Source of the DNA: Myxococcota bacterium
Lineage (GTDB): Bacteria; Myxococcota_A; UBA9160; UBA6930
Reading direction: 5' to 3'
NCBI GenBank assembly: GCA_965223415.1
Contig: OZ245002.1
Coordinates: 864,001 to 928,000, forward strand
Length of the DNA: 64,000 nt
The position numbers were made by a program, and so were the translations under genes. Positions 57,479-64,000 of this stretch are shown here, piece by piece (within the stretch, counting starts at the first letter, position 1; each line of letters opens with the position of its first letter). Below the pieces are notes generated by a model. It was not told the origin of the DNA. It did not search any database and saw nothing but the letters and a program-made list of their open reading frames with translations.

Positions 57479-58123
57479 ATGCTTGCGCTCAACCCCGACG
57501 AGCTACTCACCACCACGCGCACGGTTCGCAAGCGCCTCGACTTCGACCGACCCGTCGCGCGCGAGACGATCGAGACCTGCCTGGAGATCGCCTTCCAGGC
57601 CCCGAACGGCGGCAACCTGAACGCCTGGCGCTGGGTGGTGGTCGACGATCGCACGCTCGTCGAGCGGCTGGCCGAGCTCTACAACCGGGGGCTCGACGAC
57701 TTCATCGCGACCCTGGGCGAAGGCGGCTACCCGGGGGCCGGCGTGCCCGGTGCGGACCGGATCGAGAGCTCGACCCAGCACCTGCGCGACCACCTGCACC
57801 GCGCGCCGGCCCTGGTCCTCCCGCTCCTCGCCGGCCGCACCGATCGCGCGCCGATGACGAGCGTCTTCTGGCAGGCCAGCCAGTGGGGCTCGATCCTCCA
57901 GGCGACCTGGAGCTTCATGCTCGCGCTGCGCGCCCGCGGGCTCGGCAGCGCCTGGACCACCGGCCACCTCTGGCGCGAGGAGGAGACCGCCGAGCTCCTC
58001 GGCATTCCCCACGACGTCTACATGCAGACCGGGCTCTTCCCGGTGGCCTACACCCTCGGGACGGACTTCAAGCCGGCCTACCGCAAGCCGGTCGCCGAGG
58101 TGGTCGGCTGGAACGGTTTCTGA
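57479..58123 (+). CDS. Nitroreductase family protein
   Basis: TTRTVRKRLD, QAPNGGN, LALRARGLGSAWTT. Confidence 0.9.
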   Translation: MLALNPDELLTTTRTVRKRLDFDRPVARETIETCLEIAFQAPNGGNLNAWRWVVVDDRTLVERLAELYNRGLDDFIATLGEGGYPGAGVPGADRIESSTQHLRDHLHRAPALVLPLLAGRTDRAPMTSVFWQASQWGSILQATWSFMLALRARGLGSAWTTGHLWREEETAELLGIPHDVYMQTGLFPVAYTLGTDFKPAYRKPVAEVVGWNGF

Positions 58124-58124
58124 G

Positions 58125-58538
58125 ATGGCGAACAAGGATGTGGTGGAGCGCTTCTTCGCGAGCCTGTGGAGCGACCCGGAGGGCGCCCGTGCCCTGTGCA
58201 TGGAGGACGTCACCTGGGTGACGACGCGCTCGATGCCGATCCCCGGCAACGAGGGTTCCATCGAACACGTCGGGTTCGACGCAGTCCTGAACGTCGCCAA
58301 CAGCGGCAAGGACTCGGACGTGGGCTACCTGCCCGAGACGATCGTCTACCCGCATCAGCTCCTGCTCGACGCGGAGGACGACCACGTCGTCTACCAGTTC
58401 ACGATGCAATGCCGGACCCGACAGGGAAGGGACTACCTGAACGACTACCTCTTCCTCGTAAAGCTCGAGGAAGGGAAGATCAAGCGCTTCCAGGAGTACT
58501 GGGACTCGAAGCTGGCCTTCGAGACGCTCTTCACCTAG
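58125..58538 (+). CDS. SnoaL-like / NTF2-fold protein
   Basis: NKDVVERFF, EDVTW, YLNDYLF, GKIKRFQEYWD. Confidence 0.85.
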   Translation: MANKDVVERFFASLWSDPEGARALCMEDVTWVTTRSMPIPGNEGSIEHVGFDAVLNVANSGKDSDVGYLPETIVYPHQLLLDAEDDHVVYQFTMQCRTRQGRDYLNDYLFLVKLEEGKIKRFQEYWDSKLAFETLFT

Positions 58539-59808
58539 CAGGCTGCTGAAATTCGGCGCTGAGAGGCGCCAGAACGCCAGAGGGCGCGGGTCCCCGCGGC
58601 CCGCTCGGCTCGCTCTTCGATCCCGGAAGCGATCCGGGGTACCTCGTCTCGATGCAGGTGCGTCATGTGACCTCTACGAGGTTGCGTATGCGGACCAGGT
58701 TGTAGACCGCCGCCGTGAAGACGAACATCCACCCGACCCGATCCGTGCCCCGGTGACGCGTCTTTCGCATTCCCCCGACCGTCTTCATCCAACCGAAGCA
58801 CTCCTCGATCCGCTTGCGTTTGTGCTGGCTGATCGCGTAGCCCTCGTGACGGACCGTGCGACCGTCGATCCGGCTGGCCCGATTCGTCGTGTGCTGCGCC
58901 ACGTGCGGCGTGATGTTGCGCTTCCGGCAGCCCGCCACGAACTCCTCGGTGTCGTAGCCCTTGTCCCCGCCCAGCGTGATCCGGCGCCTTCCCGCCACGT
59001 CCTCCGCCATCTCCAGCGCTGCCAGCCGCTCGGCGTAGCCATCGGCCTCCGTCAGCAGCGCCGAGACGATCAGGCCGTTGCGGTTCTCCGTCAGCAGATG
59101 GCCCATGTAGGCCAGCTGCGAGGTCTGGCCCTTCTTGCGCGCCAGCCGCGCCTCGGGATCCGTCGTCGATTCGTGCGTCGCGTTGCTCCGCCGCTCTCCC
59201 CGAAAGTTCACCGTCGGGTTGCCCGGATCGTCGTCTCCGTCGTCCCCCGAGCCGTCCTTCGCCCGGAAGCTCTTCTGGCTCGCCCACGCCTCGATCAGCG
59301 TGCCATCCACCGTGAAGTGCTCCGACGACAGAAGGCCGTGGTCCTTTCCCTGCGCCAGCACCGCCTCAAAGAACGCCTCCGCCACGTCCCCTTCCAGCAG
59401 CCGGTCCCGGTTCTTCGTGAAGACCGTCGGGACCCAGACCGCATCCTCCATCCCCAGCCCTACGAACCAACGGAACAGCAGGTTGTACTCGAGCTGCTCC
59501 ATCAGCTGGCGCTCACTCCGGATCGAGTAGAGCACCTGCAGCAACAGAGCCCGCAGCAGCCGCTCCGGTGGGATCGACGGCCGGCCCGTCGACGCGTAGA
59601 GCTCCGAGAACCGCCGAGACAGGCCCCTCAGCGCCTCGTCCACCATCGCCCGCATGGGGCGAAGCGGATGATCCTCCGGAATCCGCGTCTCCAGCGAGAC
59701 GTAGCTGAACATCGAACCCTGCTCTCGGTCGCTGCCGCGCATCCTCTCTCCCCCCGACCCATCTTCTACCATCGAGAACACGGAAACGCAGGGTTTTTCA
59801 GCAGCCTG
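58539..59808 (-). mobile_element. Complete IS5-family insertion sequence (1270 bp)
   Basis: 13-bp TIRs CAGGCTGCTGAAA (58539-58551) and TTTCAGCAGCCTG (59796-59808); CTAG on both sides (58535-58538, 59809-59812); TIR/TSD boundary is ambiguous by a few bp because CTAG is palindromic. Confidence 0.92.
58663..59742 (-). CDS. IS5 family DDE transposase (DUF772/InsH N-terminus)
   Basis: GRPSIPPE, SIRSERQL, VDGT, GDKGY, RKRIEECFGW; intact 359 aa. Confidence 0.93.
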   Translation of the reverse strand: MRGSDREQGSMFSYVSLETRIPEDHPLRPMRAMVDEALRGLSRRFSELYASTGRPSIPPERLLRALLLQVLYSIRSERQLMEQLEYNLLFRWFVGLGMEDAVWVPTVFTKNRDRLLEGDVAEAFFEAVLAQGKDHGLLSSEHFTVDGTLIEAWASQKSFRAKDGSGDDGDDDPGNPTVNFRGERRSNATHESTTDPEARLARKKGQTSQLAYMGHLLTENRNGLIVSALLTEADGYAERLAALEMAEDVAGRRRITLGGDKGYDTEEFVAGCRKRNITPHVAQHTTNRASRIDGRTVRHEGYAISQHKRKRIEECFGWMKTVGGMRKTRHRGTDRVGWMFVFTAAVYNLVRIRNLVEVT

Positions 59809-61161
59809 CTAGCGGGGGAATCCGCTCCGGCGCCGCTCCAGCTCGGCGAGCACGTCGGCGTGCTCGCCCTCGTTCAGGGAGAAGCGACTGAAGAGGAGCA
59901 GCGCGATCGCGTAGCCCGCGGCGGGAAAGCCGCCGGCGACGAGCAGGATGGTGTTGCGCACCGCCTCGCTCTGCACCTCGGCCTGGCCGTCGTAGCCCGA
60001 CCACTGGAGCATCACCCCGGAGAGCCCGATCGCGAGGCCGCCGCCCGCCTTGCGGATGAAGTTCCAGGCGGCGGTGTAGGCGCCTTCCTTCCGCTCCCCG
60101 GTCTGGAGCTCGTCGTAGTCGATGATGTCCGCCTTGATGCTGGGGACCACGACGAGGCCGATCCCGATCCCGCTGGCGAGGATCGTGACGAGCACCATGA
60201 TCAACGGCGCGCCACCCTCGGCCCCGAAGACGATGCCGCCGTAGCCGGGGATCATGGCCGCCATTCCGCACAGGTAGAGCGTCTTCTTCCCGACCCACCG
60301 CGATACCCGGATCCAGAGCGGGATGAACACGAACTGCGGCACGGCGTAGAGGGCGATCAGGAGCTCCTGCAGGTCGTAGCGGCCGACCACGTCCTCCATG
60401 ATGAAGGGGACCATCACGCCGATGCTGCCCGCGGCGAAGGACTGGATGGCGAAGACGACGAAGAGCAGGCGGGCGTGGGGGTTGCGCCAGACGTCGGCCA
60501 TGGCGCCGAGTAGGTTCTCGCCGCCGCGTCCGCTGAACTCGCCGCGCTCCGGGAGGCGCCATGCTGCGTAGACGATCGTGGCCACTACCAGCAAGCCGCC
60601 GAGCACAGCGAGCGCGAAGGCCGCCTGGCGCGGCTCCGAGGCCGTGCGCAGCGCCCAGATGAAGCCCATGCCCAGCACGAAGCCCGGGGCGCCGACCAGC
60701 TGCTGCCAGCCGAAGAGGCGTGTGCGCTCGTGGTGGTCGTCGGTGAGCTCCATGCCGAGAGCGGTGTAGGGGACGATGAAGGCGGTCTGGGCGGTCTCGT
60801 AGAGCAGGAGGCCGACCGCCATCCAGGCAATGAGCATCCACTCGTCCAGCGCCTCGGGCGGCGCCCACAGCATCACCAGGGTGGCGAGGATGGGAAGCGA
60901 TGCCCCCAGCATCCACGGGCGGCGGCGGCCGAAGCGGGTTCGCGTGCGGTCGGACCACTGGCCCGCCACCGGGTCCGTCACCGCGTCCCAGAGCCGCGCC
61001 AGCATGAACACCGTGCCCATCGCCGCCGGCGGCACGAGCAGGACGTCGGCGCTGTACTTGAGCAGGTACAGCGAGATCGTCATGGTGGCCGCCGCGAACC
61101 CCGCCATGGGGAGCGCGTAGGCGACGAGGACGGACGCCGAGAGGCGCTCGGTCTGGCGCAT
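59809..61161 (-). CDS. MFS glycoside-pentoside-hexuronide (GPH/MelB-like) transporter
   Basis: WDAVTDP..G..SDRTRTRFGRRRPW, VPYTALG.ELT, ADIIDYDE..TGERKEG. Confidence 0.9.
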   Translation of the reverse strand: MRQTERLSASVLVAYALPMAGFAAATMTISLYLLKYSADVLLVPPAAMGTVFMLARLWDAVTDPVAGQWSDRTRTRFGRRRPWMLGASLPILATLVMLWAPPEALDEWMLIAWMAVGLLLYETAQTAFIVPYTALGMELTDDHHERTRLFGWQQLVGAPGFVLGMGFIWALRTASEPRQAAFALAVLGGLLVVATIVYAAWRLPERGEFSGRGGENLLGAMADVWRNPHARLLFVVFAIQSFAAGSIGVMVPFIMEDVVGRYDLQELLIALYAVPQFVFIPLWIRVSRWVGKKTLYLCGMAAMIPGYGGIVFGAEGGAPLIMVLVTILASGIGIGLVVVPSIKADIIDYDELQTGERKEGAYTAAWNFIRKAGGGLAIGLSGVMLQWSGYDGQAEVQSEAVRNTILLVAGGFPAAGYAIALLLFSRFSLNEGEHADVLAELERRRSGFPR

Positions 61162-61188
61162 GTTGCCGCGGCCCCGGGGCGACCGGTC

Positions 61189-61671
61189 TCAGTCCTTGTA
61201 GATCAGCCGCGAGAGCGTCTCCGCCACGCAGGCGGGCTTGTCCTCTCCCTCGATCTCGATGGTGACGACCTGCTTCAGCTGCAGGGTGTTCGGCGCTTTC
61301 CGCTCGGCCGAGGCCAGGCTGCGTCGGGCACGGATCCGGGCGTCGACCTTCACCGGCGAGGGGAAGCGCACCTTCTCGAGGCCGTAGTTCACGCCCATCA
61401 CCATGCCCGCGTAGGCCGTGGGATCGACCGGCGGGATCTTCGACCCGAGGTAGGGCACGAGGGAGAGGGTCAGGAAGCCGTGGGCGATCGTGACCTTGTA
61501 GGGCGAGAGCTCGGCGGCCTTCTCCGGATCGATGTGGATGAACTGGTGGTCGAGGGTGGCGTCGGCGAAGTCGTTGATGCGCGACTGGTCCACCTGGAAC
61601 CACTCGCCCACGCCCTCCTCGTTTCCGACGTGCTTCTGGAACCGCTCGAGGGCGGCGCTGGCGCTGCTCAT
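61189..61671 (-). CDS. MaoC family dehydratase
   Basis: FADATLDHQFIHIDP, IAHGFLTLSL, NYGLEKVRF. Confidence 0.92.
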   Translation of the reverse strand: MSSASAALERFQKHVGNEEGVGEWFQVDQSRINDFADATLDHQFIHIDPEKAAELSPYKVTIAHGFLTLSLVPYLGSKIPPVDPTAYAGMVMGVNYGLEKVRFPSPVKVDARIRARRSLASAERKAPNTLQLKQVVTIEIEGEDKPACVAETLSRLIYKD

Positions 61672-61691
61672 GGACTCTTCTCCTTTCGGGG

Positions 61692-62105
61692 TCAACCGAC
61701 TCGGAACAAGGGGATCGCAAGCTCTTCGTGATCCTCCCACTCGACCTTCACTCGCTGGCCGATGCGGAGCTCGGCGGCGGGATCTTCCACCCCGACGACG
61801 TTCGAGAGGATCCGCGGCCCCTCGTCGAGATCGATCCAGGCCACGGCATAGGGCGCCCGGCTGCGGAAGAAGGGGTGGTAGCTCTGACGGACGACGCTGA
61901 AGGTGTAGATCGTCCCAAGGCCCTCCGACGTGTGCCAGGAGAGGTTGCCGCCGAGGCAGGACGTGCAGTGGCGGCGCGGGTAGAAGACGATTGCCTCGCA
62001 GTCATCGCAGCGCTGGAAGCGGAGCTCGTGGTCCCGAGTGGCCTGCCAGAAGGGACCCGTGTCCATCTCCTTGGGGTTCGGCAGCGGTCGCGTGGGCTCG
62101 GCCAT
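61692..62105 (-). CDS. DUF35 Zn-ribbon/OB-fold protein
   Basis: PFW, CDDC...YPR..CTSC, GTIYTFSVV, DLDEGPR. Confidence 0.92.
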   Translation of the reverse strand: MAEPTRPLPNPKEMDTGPFWQATRDHELRFQRCDDCEAIVFYPRRHCTSCLGGNLSWHTSEGLGTIYTFSVVRQSYHPFFRSRAPYAVAWIDLDEGPRILSNVVGVEDPAAELRIGQRVKVEWEDHEELAIPLFRVG

Positions 62106-62107
62106 GG

Positions 62108-63304
62108 CTAGTCCCGCCCCAGCACGACGGTTCCGGCACAGTGCCGGCTGCCGAGCATTCCGCCGTTGCCGTGGGCCACGGCGAGCCGGGCGTCCTCGAC
62201 CTGGGAGCAGGACTCACCCCGCAGCTGACGGGCCGCCTCGATCAGGAGGAAGATGCCGCGCATGCCCGGGTGGTTCGACGAGAGGCCACCGCCGTCGGTG
62301 TTGAGGGCGGGGCCGTCCCCGGAGCGATCGAAGCGCAGGCGGCCGCCTTCGACCCACCCACCGCCCTCGCCCTTCTTGCAGAAGCCCAGGTCCTCGAGGA
62401 TCGTCAGCACGGTGATGCTGAAGGAGTCGTAGATCATCGCCACGTCGATCTCGGACGGCGTGACGCCGGCCTCGCCGAAGGCCGCGGGGCCGGACTGGGC
62501 CGCCGCGCTGGTCGTGACGTCGCCGCCGTTCTCCGGATACTTCGTGGCCTCGCCGCCGCCCAGCACCCAGACCGGTGGCTTGGCGCAATCGCGAGCCACC
62601 TCGGGGGCCGCGATCACGACGGCGCCACCGCCGTCCGAGATCATGCAGCACTCGAGCAGGTGGAGCGGGTCGGCGATCATCCGCGAGCCGACCACGTCCT
62701 CGATCGTCGTCTCGCGGATGTCCAGGAACTCGAGGGCCCGCATGGCCTCGACCGCCTCCGGGTTGCGCATCGCGTGGTAGCGCGTCGCCACGGAGATCTC
62801 CGCGAGCTGCTCGCTGGTGGTGCCGTACTCGTGCATGTGCCGGCGGGCCACCATGGCGTAGTTCGACACGAGGGTCATCCCGCAGAAGCCCTCCATGTTC
62901 TCCGCCGGGCCGGGCATCCCGCGCCCTCCGCCGTGGCCGCCCACACCGATCGCGAAGGCGTTGCTGTGGGAGGTCGAGCCATAGGTGAGCAGCGCCACCC
63001 GGGCCTTCCCCGCCGCGATCGCGCGCTTGGCATGGGCGGCGTGGAACTCGTAGGAGCTGCCCCCGACCATGGTGGTATCGATCACGCCGGGCCGGAGCCC
63101 GAAGTACTCGGAGATCCCGAGCCCCGACATCATCCCGCCGTCGCCCGCGTCGTAGATCGCATCCACGTCCCGGATCGAGAGCCCAGCATCCTCGAGCGCT
63201 CGCGCCGCGCACTCCGCCTTGATCTGCAGCGGCGACACCTGCCCCTCCACATCCCGCGACGGGTACTCGTGCACCCCCACGATCCCCGCATCCCTGGTAC
63301 TCAA
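62108..63304 (-). CDS. SCP2/Ltp2-type thiolase-fold protein
   Basis: VGGSS, ECCMISDGG, IYDSF, NTDGGGLS..HPG, EAARQLRG; TTG start approximate. Confidence 0.85.
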   Translation of the reverse strand: MSTRDAGIVGVHEYPSRDVEGQVSPLQIKAECAARALEDAGLSIRDVDAIYDAGDGGMMSGLGISEYFGLRPGVIDTTMVGGSSYEFHAAHAKRAIAAGKARVALLTYGSTSHSNAFAIGVGGHGGGRGMPGPAENMEGFCGMTLVSNYAMVARRHMHEYGTTSEQLAEISVATRYHAMRNPEAVEAMRALEFLDIRETTIEDVVGSRMIADPLHLLECCMISDGGGAVVIAAPEVARDCAKPPVWVLGGGEATKYPENGGDVTTSAAAQSGPAAFGEAGVTPSEIDVAMIYDSFSITVLTILEDLGFCKKGEGGGWVEGGRLRFDRSGDGPALNTDGGGLSSNHPGMRGIFLLIEAARQLRGESCSQVEDARLAVAHGNGGMLGSRHCAGTVVLGRD

Positions 63305-63327
63305 GATCCCACATCCTCTCGTTAGGT

Positions 63328-63360
63328 GTTGCGTTAGGGGCCGGTTCCGTTTGTTGCGTT
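63328..63360 (+). repeat. Dispersed 33-bp repeat, copy 4 (solo)
   Basis: GTTGCGTT-AGGGGCCGGTTCCGTTT-GTTGCGTT; encodes the last codons and stop of the upstream minus-strand gene. Confidence 0.85.
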
Positions 63361-64000
63361 GTCGAAGCCGAGCTCGGTGCGGAAGAAGCGACGGGCGGCC
63401 GTCGCGCTCCAGTTGTCGTGGTCCTCGCCGTAGCCCCGGGCGTCGCCGAAGCGCCAGTCGGTGAGGCAGTTCCAGGTGAAGAGATTCGGGTTCAGGTGGA
63501 CGCCGATTCGGTTCAGGCAAGTCCCCTCGGCGACGACCTCCCGCCCGAGCTCGTCTCGCGCCTCCAGGCGGACGCGACTCGGACAACCCAGGCCCTCCTC
63601 CCGTGCGAGCACCGTCCGCTCGCCTTCGGCGAGCTTCGCGTACTCGCCGTCGCGCAGGAGATAACCGTGGATCACGACGCAGCGCCCGCCGTACTCCATG
63701 GTGATGGCGTGGAAGGCGTTTCGCTCGTCCTGGGTGGCGTAGCTGTAGCCCCCGCGCGGCGCGCCCGAGTGGTGCAGGTCGGCGCCGAACTGGTCGCGCA
63801 CGCCCCAGGAACGGTCCCGGAAGCCGTAGGCGTCGACCGACACCACGTCCTCCTGGATGCGGATCGTCCCGGTGTAGCGGCCGGGCTGATCGAGGTGGCC
63901 GCCGCCCAGGTAGTTCGGCGGGCAGATCGCCCGGAAGACGAGATCGATCTCCACCTCCCCGTCGTCGGGATCCAGGTAGTGGAGCTCGTACGCGTTGAGC
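63334..64000 (-). CDS. Hypothetical protein, AttH/tocopherol-cyclase-like beta-barrel (5' truncated by window)
   Basis: HLDQPGR..GTI, GFRDRSWG, GYGEDHD motifs; frame open to the window edge. Confidence 0.65.
   Translation of the reverse strand, partial: LNAYELHYLDPDDGEVEIDLVFRAICPPNYLGGGHLDQPGRYTGTIRIQEDVVSVDAYGFRDRSWGVRDQFGADLHHSGAPRGGYSYATQDERNAFHAITMEYGGRCVVIHGYLLRDGEYAKLAEGERTVLAREEGLGCPSRVRLEARDELGREVVAEGTCLNRIGVHLNPNLFTWNCLTDWRFGDARGYGEDHDNWSATAARRFFRTELGFDNATNGTGP

Noticed and set aside
14436..63360. 33-bp repeats as CRISPR repeats
   Set aside because: Copies are tens of kb apart or inverted, with no spacer array and no cas genes

Overview
High-GC bacterial chromosomal segment, densely packed with about 63 protein-coding genes. 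No rRNA, tRNA or CRISPR array was seen. The LPS-heptose and AsmA-type genes imply a diderm host, yet many catabolic genes resemble actinobacterial F420/CoA/steroid-type enzymes; a Myxococcota/Desulfobacterota-like lineage is only a guess. Contents: an AsmA-like gene + RfaE-II adenylyltransferase + complete MoxR/DUF58/VWA (Bat-type) operon; class I fumarase; EAL-HDOD protein; many hydrolases and oxidoreductases; a 972-aa secreted beta-propeller/cytochrome c protein with one CxxCH and one atypical CX6CH motif; a thiolase-like/LLM/coaE/PHP/MaoC-pair operon; putA with a creatinase-like M24 enzyme; a complete IS5-family element (13-bp TIRs, CTAG duplication); and a thiolase/DUF35/MaoC/GPH-transporter operon. 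The most unusual non-coding signal is a dispersed 33-bp repeat (GTTnnGTT-ARGGGCCGGTTCCRTTT-GTYnnGTT). It occurs four times at gene ends, twice alone and once as an inverted pair, and there is a related perfect 64-bp palindrome. Decay features: an MFS gene with one in-frame TGA, a frameshifted remnant, a 30-codon remnant and a 34-bp tandem duplication at a convergent CTAG junction. Start codons were chosen by eye and family calls come from motif recognition, not database searches.
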